Shown: piece by piece, positions 13,010 through 26,130 of the stretch
Layout of the letters: every line of letters starts with the position of its first letter
Numbering within the stretch: the first letter of the stretch is position 1
Position numbers and translations under genes: made by a program
Source: Camelus dromedarius
Lineage: Eukaryota
Reading direction: 5' to 3'
NCBI RefSeq assembly: GCF_036321535.1
Contig: NC_087436.1
Span: forward strand, 92,196,001 to 92,260,000
DNA length: 64,000 nt
Notes under the pieces: model-generated
Database searches by the model: none
Seen by the model: only the letters and a program-made list of their open reading frames with translations
What the model was told of the DNA's origin: nothing

Positions 13010-13476
13010 TATACATATGGTGTTAGAGAATGTTCTAATTTCATTCTTTTACATGTATTTGTCCAGTTTTCCCAGCACCACTTATTGAAGAGACTGTCTT
13101 TTCTCCAGTGTATATTCTTGCTTCCTTTGTCATAGATTAATTGACCATAAGTGTGTGGGTTTATTTCAGGGCTCTCTATTCTGTTGCAACAATCTATGAG
13201 TCTGTTTTTGTGCCAGTACCATACTATTTTAATTACTGTAGCTTTGTAGTATAGTCTGAAGTCAGGGAGTGTGATTCCTCCAGGTCTGTTCTTTCTCAAG
13301 ATCGTTTTGGTTATTTGGGGTCTTTCTGTTTCCATCAAATTTTACCATTTTTGTTCTAGTTCAGTGAAAAATGCCACTGGTATTTTGATAGTGATTGCAT
13401 TGAATCTGTAAATTACCTTGGTTAGTATGGTCATTTTAACAATATTAATTCTTCCAATCCAAGAACATAGTATATC
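13010..13476 (-). mobile_element. Internal LINE-1 ORF2 fragment
   Basis: ORF 12991-13338: [27 protein letters not shown]...[19 protein letters not shown]...[13 protein letters not shown] is classic ORF2p sequence. Confidence 0.95.
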
Positions 13477-13803
13477 ATAGGAAGTTGCAAAAATAATCCT
13501 GTGTACACTTCACCACACCTCTGCCAATGGTGACATCTTTTATAACTATAATATAATACTCAGGAGCATTCTTAGGGTATTGGGTGCCTTGGAATGAGAT
13601 TAAATTCCGTGAAACAGAGGAGGATGACGTAGAAAGAATAGAAGGAAGAAGCACACACTAGTGGTATTCATAAATTTGTCATCTCCTATATTTGCACCCA
13701 GTGTACAGACTTTGAGCCCACGAAGGACTCTGGGCCAGATACACTCAGGTTCAAAACCAAGCTCCACTTTTCATTGGCTTTGGCATCTTGAGCAGGTTAT
13801 GAC

Positions 13804-14323
13804 GCAGTTTAAGGCTGAAAATTAAGGCTCAGTATCATGTGCTGCTTTTTTGTGTACGTATCTGATAAAACCAGGAGGGCCTTCAGTGGCCTAACACCAA
13901 GTTCCCCTCCCCAGTCTACTCCTGGGCATGGTCGCCTACCTGAACAACCCTATCAAAGGGACCAGGCACGGGATACCTACCCCTGAGTATTGAGTTTCAG
14001 TTCCCTGCAAGCCTCAGAAATATTCAAACCAGCCAAGTCACAGCCTCTCCTGGGAACCAGGAGTCACCCCACCTCCTGATTCTATGAAGCTGCCTCCCAG
14101 AGCCCCTGGCTGTTCACTCTGCTCCTGAGTGCACCCCTGTGTGGCCTTGCAGAGCAGCGTGCAGCATCCTCCTTCCCTCACTGTGAACATGTGTGACTGA
14201 TGAACTGCTGTCAGTCTCACCTGTCCACCATCAGGTGTCTTGGGCTCGGTCACCCCCAGCCCCATAACCCTCAGCCTGGGATCCCTCCTTCTCCAGCAGG
14301 ATGAATAGGAGATGATCGAAACA
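13804..14323 (+). mobile_element. Solo LTR (ERV1/ERVL type) inserted into a MIR
   Basis: LTR-like composition ending in '...gaaaca'; MIR halves on both sides (about 13730-13800 and 14326-14400). Confidence 0.65.
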
Positions 14324-14766
14324 GAGACATCACCTCTCTTGTCTTTTAATCTATAAAATGGGAATTAAAACACTGCTCCTCTCCCAAATCAGATAAATCA
14401 TCTTGCACAGTCTCTGGAATAAGTATTCCCTTACTCTCCCTGGAGATGGGGGCCTCAGATCTCAAGACCCATTTTCTTCACAGTGGCTTACCTCTCCTTT
14501 CTTTGAACTCTTACAGCAATAATGGCATTTATTACCCTAACAATATGTACATTATCTCTTCATATGTATTCATCCTTACCACCACTCCCAAAATGGTAAG
14601 AGAAAAGAGTCTCTCTTATACCTCTTTCCTGTGCCTCAAAACACTTTACACATGTTTATGACCATAGCAGATGTTCAATAAGTAAAAATAACATTCACTG
14701 AATGCTTACCAGTGGCCAGGGCCTGAGCTAAGAGTCTTACTATAACCCTCACAATGTATGAGATGG

Positions 14767-15287
14767 TGTTTTATTTACCTAATGCTCCATAGCAAACTAC
14801 CCCAAGCATGGTGACTTAATGCAACAACAATTTCATTATATTTCATGATTCCGTGGGTCAGAAATTAAGTCAGGACTTGGAGAGGTGAAACATCTACATC
14901 ATGTCGGTGAAGGTCACTCGGTGTTCTCTGGCTGGCAGACGGACTGGTCTGGACGACCCAAGATGACCTCGCTTTCATGTCTAGAATCTTGATGGAGACG
15001 GCCAGAAGGCTGGGCTCATCTGAGATTGTCAGATGCAGTATTTGGTGCACTCCTGGTGCTAAGACTATTTACATGGAGGCACGAGACTCCAACAGCAAAT
15101 GTTCCATGAACAAGATGGCAGCTGCAAGACCTTTATGATTAGCCTTGGGAGTCCCATGACATCACCTCACTGTATTCTGTTGGTCAAGTAGTCGCAAGCT
15201 CACCTATTTCAAGGAGAAGGGATATAGACCCAACCTGTTGATGGGAAGTGTGTCATAGAATTTTGGGCCAGTTTAAAAGCCACTATA
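14767..15287 (-). mobile_element. MLT1 (F/G/H-like) MaLR LTR inserted in a MIR
   Basis: 'caaactaccccaa...gtgacttaatgcaacaaca...tcatgattccgtgggtcagaaatt...gatatagacccaacctgttgatgggaag'. Confidence 0.8.
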
Positions 15288-16559
15288 GATATTATCCCAA
15301 CTCTAAAAAGAAGTAAACTTAGAGTTTACTTTCCATACGTCATGCAGCAGGGCCACTGTATTGACACCTGAGACGGTGTCTGCCAATCACACTCCAAGGT
15401 AGGGGCCTTTAAGGTAACTGCATTACTCTTTTAATTAAGATACTATATGTTGAAATCTTCTAATGGTGTTCAAAGAACACCAGTATAGAAAGAGAGAGCT
15501 GCTTCCTGTAGCCCACGTGTTTCTTAGACAGATACTCTTACAAATCAGAGCATAAAGTTTACAGTGGAGAGGAGACTGATCACTTTGCCAGAGCTAGCAT
15601 ATGGTTATGACACATTTATAGGAGTGACTGAAATGATTTGGGAAGATGTGTGTAAGTCGTGTCCCATCACCAAAGATTACAAGGTACCCTTAAGGAAGAC
15701 TGATTTAGAGGCAACCTGGCTACTGTGGTCGCTGTTAAAACCTGCTTTGAATTTGTATATGCGCATCTTGAAAAGCAAAAAGTTACTATAGTCTGACTTT
15801 TCCAGAGACTGTTTAACTAACATATGTAATATTAGTGCATTTAATACGTGCCCCTATGACTAAAGTGTGTGTGTGTTTGTTCATGTGTGTTTCTACTGGG
15901 AGGCGAGGCTGTTAAGAGACAGTATTAGCACATTACTTTGAACACATTACTTTGTACAAACGTGATCCTATCTGTGGGAGATTCTGACAAGCGAAGTGAC
16001 CTTAGAGGGAAAGGAACATCACGGCAGTGGCAAAAAATGCAAATGTGGCGGCACGGGACCTACGTCCCTGATGAGAAGTCCACTGAAGCATCAAGGGGCA
16101 TAGGAATGAGGCGGGTGATGTAGGAAGGAGGCACTAGAACAGCTGATGGAAATTTGAACCAACTGCCAAATGCATCTGAGACCCCGTTTCCTTGTATGTA
16201 AGGTGGAGGCGATAACACCAAAGTAAGACATGGCTGCAAAAATCACGGAGGCCACACTTTCTCGGTACTTCGTTAAGTGCTGTTTGGTGGTGATGTTGAT
16301 TAGGAAACTGTAATTCTCCGTCTCCTCTGATCAACTGTCAGTTCTGTGAATGGAAGAAACGCGCATCACATTCCCTGCTATATTGAGAGCATCTAGCACG
16401 GGGCAGGACACATATTAAGAACCTCATCACTCTTTGATACATAATGCACGAATGAATGAATAACTGGGACAGAAGCAGATGACAGCAAGAAGTATCGGGG
16501 TTAGGGAAGATGCCGTGGCAGCATCTCCAGGTGGATAAGAAAATAAGCTTTGGAAAGAG

Positions 16560-16700
16560 ACTTGCCTTTGAATATCAGTGGTGCCTCTTAAGAGCTGAGG
16601 GCTGTTGTGAGGATCATAATCCCTCCCTAATGGGTTGTGGTGATTAAATGAAGAACTGTGTGTAAAGGGCCCTGCACTGGGCGCGCACAGAGTGCACACT
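16560..16700 (+). mobile_element. MIR fragment
   Basis: 'cataatccctccctaatgggttgtggtgattaaatgaagaactgtgtgtaaagggc'. Confidence 0.6.
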
Positions 16701-17614
16701 CCACCACTGACTGTTGCCGTTGTTGGTGTTGTAAATAATCTGGGTTAGTGCCCCCTGTCCCATTCCCTGGCTTTCCTCCTCACTATGGGGCCAGTGCACT
16801 TGGACATACACCCAATTAGAACAAGAATTTGGTGAGCCTGTTAGAGTTCACGGGCATTCTGCAGACCTACGAATCTATGCTGATTCTACTGATTGCTTTA
16901 ATCTCACAGCAAGTGTTTTTTAACTTAGAGAGGATGCTCAGCACCACAGGAGAATGGCTGTAAAGGCCCACATTACAGTTATCAAAGTATGCTATTTTAA
17001 TCTGAAATACAATGATTCACACTTGATGCCACCTCCTCCAGCAGCTGACATGTAGGCTTATTTGATTTAATTTCATTTTTTGTTCTCTGTAATGGCTTGT
17101 CTCCATTAATTACACACTAAGCACATTCCTCCCCAAACAAGCTACAACATTTCGGAGTTCTCATCATAGAATGTCAAACTCATAATTGATTCTGTAACTC
17201 AAAGATATGGTTGCATAGTCCCCTAAGTTCTGTAATGAAACGTGTATATTTGTTTCTTATTATACTAACCCTTGGCTTTTTCCATTATCTTTCTTTTTAA
17301 ATTACAAAAGCAACACATGCCCTGGTCTACACATCGATTGCTGAAGCCAAAGAAGGTATTCTCTGCCAGTACTGTATTTCTTAAATGCGCTCTATAGATT
17401 TTAAGAGTTTCATTCAAATGTTAAGTCTGATTCAGTCAATACCCAGTCTCTTTGCCTTCCCTAATAAACAGAAAATACCACATCCTACCTTAAAGGACTA
17501 TTGCTGGGAAGCTTTTGTCTATGAATTTTCTGAAAATAAGTACATGAATAGTATATTTGCAAAAGGAAAACACGAGAGGGCAAGAAACTCAAGGAACAAT
17601 GTTCACCTTTACTA

Positions 17615-18104
17615 TGGTAAGGGAGGAAAGATTCCTTTTCCTACCAGCCTGCTAGATTCTCCAGCTGGGGCTCTATAACTGGACGGGCAACAGACAGATT
17701 AATAGGAGAACAGCATACAAATTTATTTAGTATAAATTTTACATGGGAGCCTTCGTAAGGAAATGAAGAGGAAATGGTTAAACCTGAGCATTTTTATACC
17801 AGGTCTGATGAAGAAAGCCATGGAAAAATATGATAAGACAAAGCTTTATGAGCTAAGGAAATAAACTGGGAGAAACACAGCAAGGCTGTGTGTTTTGGAT
17901 TCCTATCCAGGTCCCTCATCTTTGGAGATACAGGTGTTCGTTTCCCGCGGTGTAAGGAGGACGCCTCTCACAAGAGGGTTTTATGACCTACTCAGGGAAG
18001 AAGGGGGCGTCAGAGAGTCCTGCCTGCACCTGCAGTTCTCTCTTATTCTTTCAGGTTGAAATATTCAGTATGCCGTATTTTGGGGTGGTGTGTTCTGAAC
18101 CCCA
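17615..18104 (-). mobile_element. ERV1-type solo LTR (MER34/MER39-like)
   Basis: 'cagacagattaataggagaacagcatacaaatttatt...aaatattcagtatgccgtattttggggtggtgtgttctgaacccca'; subfamily uncertain. Confidence 0.7.
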
Positions 18105-18494
18105 AGATAACCAGCATCTATCTAGTGCTTACTGTATACAGGAGAATTGCCTATATTGATTCACTTAATTCTCACAACCATCCTGTAAATAGAAACCTCT
18201 GGGATTCAAGCACAGATAAACTAGAGCTCAGAAGACATGCAAATTAAGCAACATAAAACATTAAGTTTCACCTACTGGGTTGATCAAAGAGTTTTCCTTC
18301 TATTACTCAATGTTGATAAAAATATATAGTAAAACAAATTTTCCATAAAGTGACATGGAAATACAGATTGTATATCTTTTCTATAAACTAATTAAGAGAC
18401 TGAGTAAGTTCACATCCTTTAGTCCATTCATTATTCTTCTAGAAGTCTGTCCTTAACAAAATATTAAGAGATGAGATGAAAATCTCAGGGTGAT

Positions 18495-18723
18495 TCTGGA
18501 GAGATGGAGTCAGGCTGCTTGGACTGGATTCAAGCTCTACCAGTTGCCAAATGTGTGATCTTGGAAACTTAGCTACCTTCTCTGTGCCTCAGTTTCCTCA
18601 ACTATAAAGTGAATGTCATGATAGTACCCATCTCTAAGGACCACCAGGAGGATTCATATCCTCAATCCACATAAAGTGGTTAGAACAGTACCTGGCACAC
18701 AGTCAATGCTATATAAATGCTAG
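18495..18723 (+). mobile_element. MIR SINE (near full length)
   Basis: 'tgtgtgatcttggaaac...ttctctgtgcctcagtttcctcaactataaa...ttagaacagtacctggcacacagtcaatgct'. Confidence 0.85.
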
Positions 18724-20540
18724 AGTATGAACCAAGTATTCACTGCAGTATTATTTATAACAGAGAAAAGAAATTGTGAACACTTAAATGCCCTACAATT
18801 TATAAATAGTTGAATACATTGGCCACTTAAAAATATTTCCAACTATCCATGGATAAAATAAGAAAATGTTTATAAGTCAGTATTACATACAGAGAAAAGA
18901 AAACAAAGTCTTACAAAGAGTAAATTCTCAATCATGCACATAGATATATTTGTGTGTTTATATGCCTAAAAACTTTTGAAAGGAAATGTACCAAAATTTT
19001 CAAACAATGGAAAATGTTAGTGTAACATAGGTTATAAACCCATTTCTTTTTTGTTCTACAGGTTCAGCAGTATTTCTGATACTGTAAAACTAGTGCATAT
19101 GATCATGAGCTCATTTCTTTACCTATAAGTTTTAAGGTGAATTTACATAAATATTTGAGCTAACTTCTGAGACTTTCCCTTACACGTATCATCACACTAC
19201 TGTCTTTGTGGGATAATGTGCAGCATTCCCCGTCTTCCCTGAAGGGGTGGAGAACCAGGTCACCACCTTTGAGTGATGCAGGGCAATCAGGCACTTTAGA
19301 CAGAGCCAACTCTTAGGTTTCTCTGTGAACCATTCCACGTTGAGAATGACAGGCACAAAATCTGAGAGAGAAAGACAAAGGATGGCACGCTTCCTCATGT
19401 GGTTCAGGAAGCCACTGTGGTTTGTACTACAAACTGAAAGAGGGGAAAAGCAGTGCAGTGACCGACATGGGCAATGCATGGATAAAGGAAAACCGGCAGT
19501 GTGTTAGTGGAGCTTGAACCTAACTTTAAAAAAAAATTTACGTGCTTAAGGATTTAACAAAGCAGAGTAAATGTGAAGGATAGACGGCAGTGAAGGACAG
19601 CGTCATTCATTAAATACCTACTTTATAACTCGGATATCAGGACATATCATGAAATTTTAATGTCTTCTCATAACACAATCACTTGAATTTGACAGTATTT
19701 CAGTTCTTATCTCAAGAAGGACTGTCATTTCCTGGCTGAAATACTTATTACGTTATAAAATTTTTTCCTCAATCTTTGGCAGTTATTTTAATTCCAATCT
19801 GGCCACTTGTGTTTTTACATTACTAATAGCATTCTGTAAATATCTTCCAAAGTTTTATATAAAGGTGGCAGAATGCAAATTCTAAAAAGGATATAAACCT
19901 CCAAAATATAACTAGGTTGTCAGGAAAAAAAAATCTGTTGGCAACATACACAGGAAATTCATTTTGCAATCAACCTGGGTCTTATCAAGGTTCTGTTTGC
20001 TATACAAATATTGATGAAGTAGAAATCTAAGAGGTGGCTGGGATTATTCACTAGGTAATCACCCCACTGTTCTGTGGTTGAGTAAGTGGCATCAGCTAGA
20101 GTTAACAGAAAAGGAACTCCAACAACTCAACGAGCATGCCTACTTTATCTATAGATGATGAAAAAAGAAAATACTGCTTTCCCTTATTTAATGTACCAAT
20201 CAATCCAACACAAAACAAATAGTTGGGCAGTTGGTTTCTGTTTGCCTTTAGAACATGAAAAATCAAATTAAGAACATGAAAAATCTGATTACGCAGTCTT
20301 GCCCAAAGAGATGCAAAGAAGACATTGGTGATTTACAGAAAGAAGCCTGAAAGTGTTTAGTGAACAAAAAGAGGAGTGGAGGTGAATGTCTCCTCACCTA
20401 GAGCTACAATGGAAGTCAAAAAGAAAGGAACAACACCCAACTGGCCAGGTGGTTGGTGGCAAAGTGGCCCTTCATCACCCTGGTAAATCCATCTCTATCC
20501 AGCATCTGGTTAGCAGATCTGTAGACTAGAAAACCTGATT

Positions 20541-20543
<3 letters not shown>

Positions 20544-20597
<54 letters not shown>
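20544..20597. repeat. (AC)27 microsatellite
   Basis: Directly visible. Confidence 0.99.
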
Positions 20598-20599
<2 letters not shown>

Positions 20600-20794
20600 T
20601 AACAACAGTGATTTATTAAAGAAAATAAAAATGAACTGTAATTCCCAACACCAAGATAAACTACTGATCTTATTTACTTCCTTCCAGGCTCTTTCTATGC
20701 ACAAACACTTTTAGAGACAATATGCTACCTCATTGTACTAGGAAGCCTCCAGATTTATGCCACAATTTTAGTTACATTTAATGTATTCATTTGA

Positions 20795-21010
20795 TAATTA
20801 AGAGCCTGGCCTTTGGAATGAGACAAACCTGGATTAATATCCAGTAGTTTGAAAATACATAAAATTTTTCCATGGTTTACTTTCCTCAGTCATAAAAATG
20901 AGGAAAATAGTATCCTCTTAGAGCTCAACATTCAGTGAAGATTTGTGAAACAATGTACTGAGAGCACTACATACAGGATAGGTCACACAGGAAGCCCTAA
21001 ATTAATAGTA
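20795..21010 (+). mobile_element. MIR fragment
   Basis: 'taagagcctggcctttggaatgagacaaacctgg...tttcctcagtcataaaaatgagg'. Confidence 0.6.
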
Positions 21011-21559
21011 GTCATTTAATTTTAGATGTGTTTTAAAATTAGCAACGTAAACAACTTGGCTGTTAACTTGCACCAAGTTACTCTTTGGAAACTTGGATTC
21101 CGGTACCTCCAAGCAAGAACATTGTTACCCAATGCACACACTGACCAAGGATTGCTGACTCACACTTCCTCAGCATTTCCAGGCCCATTAGTTGACAAAA
21201 GGAGACACTCAGTCTCAAACCAGTTGCCATTATTGGAAAATAATCTAAAAACAACCCATCATTTTAAATACAGATGCCAAATAAATACATCTTTACTTGC
21301 AGATACCCCATTTACTATGACTTACAGAGAACCAGCATTCACTTGGTAGCTAGAGAAACTAGGTTTGAATCCCTACTCCACGTCCTCCTGGCTGCATGTC
21401 CCTGGGCCAATCACTTAACTTCATTTGGTCTCAATTTACTCATCTATAAAATAGTAAGTAAAGCTTAGAACTGTAAGACAGTAAGTGAAGCTGGCACTAA
21501 TTTATAAGTCAATTTATAGCTAATTTTTAAGTAAAGCAGCATCATACAGAGCTTTGCGG

Positions 21560-22050
21560 GATTCACATCCTCAGAAGCACTGATTCAAAGATTGTCTTAG
21601 GACCTGATCCCCATGAGAATGAGAACCAGATCTCCCAAGATTGCTTTCCGTGTTCCCTGCTGCCATCCACAGCGTGTCTCTCTCAGTTGCTATGCAAATG
21701 TCTGTGGCAATTCCAGGTATCATGAACAGATGCAGTTCAGTGGAGGAGAGGGGCATCTCTTCCCATGAATATCCTTTTATTAGCAAAGAAAGCCTTTGCC
21801 AGAAGCTCTCACCAAAGTGTCCTCAGATCCCACCGGCCAGGACTGGGTGGCATATCTGGGCCTAAACTAGAAAAGAGGAATGAGACGACCACGAGCGACC
21901 TAGACCAACGATGGTTCACCCTAGGCATATGGGGGAGTGGAAAACTGAACCAATCGAGGTGGAGGGTGTCTGCCAGGAAAATGAACTCGGGGATGCAGGG
22001 AGAAGGCAAGGAGAATGGCTGCTATGGGCAACCCACAAAATCTGCCACCA
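21560..22050 (-). mobile_element. Old MLT1 (J/K/L-like) MaLR LTR
   Basis: 'gaaggcaaggagaatggctgctatgggcaacccacaaaatctgccac' terminus and MLT1-like interior. Confidence 0.6.
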
Positions 22051-22139
22051 AATGATCATTTCTCAGTAATGTCTACCCTATGTGAGGCACACACTGTGTA
22101 CCAGACACTTGCTTTGTGTGAATTATAATTCTCTTAACA

Positions 22140-23415
22140 ATCCACTTCAGTCCTGGCTTTTGTCCCTGTCACTCCAGTGCAAATGTACTTGTTTTGAGTT
22201 GCTGTGAACAAATCTATCCTGATACTTACCTCTCAGCAGCAACAGATATAATTAACCTCTTCCAAGACATGTAACCTTTTCTCCTGTTTCTCCATCTGCA
22301 GGCTACTCCTTTTCAAACTCTTCAGCTGAATTTTTTCTTTTCAATAAGGCATCTAAATGTTAGGGAGTGTCCTGTTCTGTGTTCATTCTTTCTCCCTGAG
22401 TCATCTCTTCCAGACCTATGGCTTTAAATATCAGCAAATTTATATCTCCTGCCCAGAGCTCTGCCTTGGGCTCCAGCTCGCATATTCTACTTCTTATTCT
22501 TAGATACCTAGTTGATATCTCTATTTGGATCCTAAAATACAACTTAGACTTTACATAACCAAAATGGGACTTTCTTTGCCCAAACCAGTTTCTTCCCAAG
22601 TCTTATGCCATTTGACTGGTCCTTCCCATCAAACAAAAACCTTAGGATTTATCCCAGACTTCTCCCTTTCTTAAACTCCTCACATTCAGCCTATCAGCAA
22701 GTTTTTGTCATTTCTACCTCTAAAATATATCTCAAATCCATCTGTCTGTCACCATTTCCATTGTTACTTCACTAGTCCTGGCCACCATCATCTCTTACCC
22801 TAAACACAGGAATAGCTTCCTAACTGTCCTTCCTGTTACCATTCTTAACATCTACCCCTTAGTCCATTTTCTACACAACAGTCCACTTTTTAAAATATAA
22901 ATCAAACCATGTCATTACATTGCTCGAAAGTCTCCAACGATTTCCACTGTACTTAGAAAACATCCAAATCCTTACTATGGATGAAACACACTACATGATC
23001 CAGACCTGCCTTCCTCTAGACTAGTCTTCTGATGGTTCTTAAAACACTCCACGTTCTGACCTACTTTAAGGCCTTTGCACGGCTACTGTCTGTCCAGAAA
23101 GTACTTGTCCTGAACCCTCACAAGGCTAATGCCGTTTTATCATTCAGGCCACCCTCAATGTCACATCCTCAGAGGATTCTTCTCTAATTATCTGGTGTGA
23201 TGTTGGGATGCCTCTATCAGCCAAGGCATTCCCACCACATCACCCTGATGTATATCCTATGTAACATTTAAGACTATCAGAACTTTTTTTTATTATATAC
23301 TGTTTGTCTTCACCAGCTAGGGATTTTGGGTTCCTTATTCAACATTGTATCCCAGCATTTAGAATAGTGCCCAGCAAAAAGTAGCTACTCAATTTTTCTG
23401 GAGTGAATAAATGAA
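22140..23415 (+). mobile_element. L2 LINE 3' portion
   Basis: 'ctatggctttaaatatca...caaatttatatctcc', 'ttctacctctaaaatatatctcaaatcca', terminal 'gtatcccagcatttagaatagtgccc...gagtgaataaatgaa'. Confidence 0.85.
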
Positions 23416-23429
23416 ACACTAGAAGGTTA

Positions 23430-23580
23430 ATATTTTTATCCCCAATGCATGGATGTTGAAACTGAGAATCAAAGAGGTTTAAAAAATGTTGTCCGAGGTC
23501 CCCTAACTTGCTGCAGGCAAATCCACATTTTAACACTAAGTGTCATCAAACTTAGCCAGTGTTCCTTCCACTACTCCACT
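23430..23580 (-). mobile_element. MIR fragment
   Basis: 'gaaactgagaatcaaagaggtttaaaaaatgttgtccgaggtc'. Confidence 0.6.
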
Positions 23581-24818
23581 GAGAATTCAAATAACTTGTT
23601 TAGAACCAACATTAATATTCTTTTCTAACTACTCTACAGTTTTCTCAATGTGATCAAAGTTTGAATATTGCTAATTTGGTAGTAGTAACAGTTAATTATA
23701 GGAACCAGTAAGAGTTAGACCCTGGAACACTGAGGTTAATTCTGCTGAGACAAGAATTCCAGGACTTCAATCAAATGTTATCACTGGGTAAATAGAGATT
23801 AAATGGAATGGTATTGTACATTGAGGGTCACGCGAAACTTCATAAAAACACAATCAAAGCACTATGAAATTTATGACGTTTTAAACCAGAAGTCCCAGCT
23901 TAAGCCCAAATTATTGGAATATTTTTCTCTTTTATAAAGCATATTTTGATTTTATAAAGCATATTCTTTATCTCCTTATGTCTGTAAGGCTTCCTTTTAG
24001 CCTTTCCAAAAGTGAGGTGGGGCAGGGGCAGCCTGGTTACAAAAGTCTAGTCCATGAAAATGCACATTTACTGAGCACATTTGCCACAGCTGAGAGCTAT
24101 GACTGCTTTGAGACCAAAAAGCCTGTTGTAATTTATGATCCTTTAAAGTCTTAAAAAGAAGTATCAGTTGAACTCAGTGCATATCTGAGAGTCCGGAAGC
24201 TCATCCAGTGCTGCCTCCAAGATCGGAAAGAACCTTGGGGAAAACCAAAATCCACTAGCAGCGCTGACATATCAGAAGGAAGCTAATAATGTTGGAACAC
24301 CCTGTTGGCCAACAGTCCTCTGGGTTTCCTTAAGCCATTTCAGAAAATATTACTGTCCATCACTCGGCTGGGCTTCAGAGAGCCACATGATGGAACTGGC
24401 TCTGCTCCCAGTGATTGACGCAAACGTGGATTTCACGGACAGCAAAATGCTCAGCCTGGTGTGAAGCTCTAGTTCCCAGTGAAAGGAAGGTCGGCATTCG
24501 ATTTGCCTCAAGGCTTCGCTCATTGCCCCTTGGGTGTCTCCAAACATTTGATGTGGCAGCATTGAGTTTCCAAAACATCCAGTTTTATAGCATTGTACAT
24601 CTCCTTTCATGTGTCGTCAGGTTCTAATACTCAAGTGAAAAATGTGTTCTCCTGGGGCGCCCTGAAAAGCTGGTGTGCAGTTTGCAGGGTTTTAGTTGCA
24701 GTACTCAGAAATTGCCACGTGGGGGACAAGCAGCTCTGCCACCTGGGCCCTGTGACAGCTTCTGATAGCAAAGCCCTCTGGTCAGATCAGTTCCCTTCAA
24801 TATTAAAAAACAAACCTA

Positions 24819-25061
24819 CTTATTGTTACCGGGGGGAAAGGAGATGGGGAGGGATAAATTGGGAGTTTGGGATTTGGAGACACACACTACTATATCTAAG
24901 GGACAGTAACAAAAGAACCTACTGTATAGCACAGGGAACTATATTTAATACCTTGTAATGGCCTATAATGAAAAAGAATGTGAAAAGGAATATATATGTA
25001 TAAATGAATCACTATGTACACTAGAAATTAACACAACATTGTAAACCAACTATACTTCAAT
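24819..25061 (+). mobile_element. Short L1 3'-end insertion with TSD
   Basis: L1 3' UTR 'ggagggataaattgggagtttggg...acctactgtatagcacagggaact...acacaacattgtaaaccaactatacttcaa'; TSD aaaaacaaaccta / aaaaacaaatcta (24806-24818 / 25062-25074). Confidence 0.9.
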
Positions 25062-25879
25062 AAAAACAAATCTAGATATGGAACAGCAGAGTCTCAGTCT
25101 GTAAGTAAATATACACTCACATATATATGCGTAAGTATAGATGTATACGTATACGCAGAAGTCTTCTAGCTAACAAGACTTGAGAAACTCTCAACTGAGA
25201 AACTTCTCTCACTTTGCCTGTTCTTTCTTCCGATCTAGTGACTAGAGAGTCTTTGAGAAGCTCAAAACAAAGGAAAGGTCTCATGTCTGGAATAACACAG
25301 CTTCACTGACACATGAATGGAGCAGGGATGTGTCAAAAGCTCAGCTCCTTCAGATCAGGTAGGAAAAGGTATGAGTGAAAAGTACTTCTGCATATTTCAC
25401 ATCTGAGCCACACAATTGTTTTTTTTTTTCACGTTCACTTTGAAGTAACGCCTTTTTCCTTTTTCTTACTCTCTTTTTTCTCGTTGTTAATGTTAAAAAG
25501 GGACGTGTCGAGCACGTCTAGATAAACTGCATAGCACAGCTCCCATTTCTCCACTCTGTCTGGGTCCCTGCCTCCCTCTTTATTCACTTTGACATGAGAA
25601 CCTTTATTCTTGCCAAAAGAGAGGCAGCTGAGGTGAGAAAGCTAGTTTATGTGTCACCACTCTGAAAACTAAAAAAGGAACCAAATTATCTGAGGAACAC
25701 TGTAAGATAAAAAGGAACCGCTATAAATTTACCTGTCCAGATAAAACTTTGAACTATTTTTTTTCACTATGAACTACTTCTTTTCACTTGTCTTCAGAAA
25801 ATGGCCAAAGGTTATAGTTTGTTATAACAGGTCTTGGATGTCAGAAAGGCACCCTTAAACTATGATCACAACAATATAC

Positions 25880-25883
<4 letters not shown>

Positions 25884-25914
<31 letters not shown>
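25884..25914. repeat. (AC)15 microsatellite
   Basis: Directly visible. Confidence 0.98.
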
Positions 25915-25915
<1 letters not shown>

Positions 25916-25951
25916 GAGAGGTCATTCATTCAAATCCCAAGAAGAAAACCA

Positions 25952-26130
25952 GATAAGCAACAAGGATTTATTTACTTTACAACACAGGGAACAATATTCA
26001 GTATCTTGTAATAACCTATAATGGAAAATAATATGAAAAATAATAATATATAATTGAATCATTTTGTTGTACATCTGAAACTAACACAATATGGTAAATC
26101 AACTATAATTCAATAATAAGAAATAAAATG
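25952..26130 (+). mobile_element. Short L1 3'-end insertion with perfect 13-bp TSD
   Basis: TSD aagaagaaaacca at 25939-25951 and 26131-26143; L1 3' UTR motif 'cacagggaacaatattcagtatcttgtaataacctataatggaaaa'. Confidence 0.92.

Noticed and set aside
24350..24665. Overlapping ORFs on both strands in unique sequence (possible processed pseudogene)
   Set aside because: No recognisable protein similarity, and no poly(A) tail or TSD of its own. The extension of ORF 24593-24958 runs into an L1 tail.
25502..25518. Near-palindrome gacgtgtcgagcacgtc
   Set aside because: Short and imperfect; compatible with chance in 64 kb.
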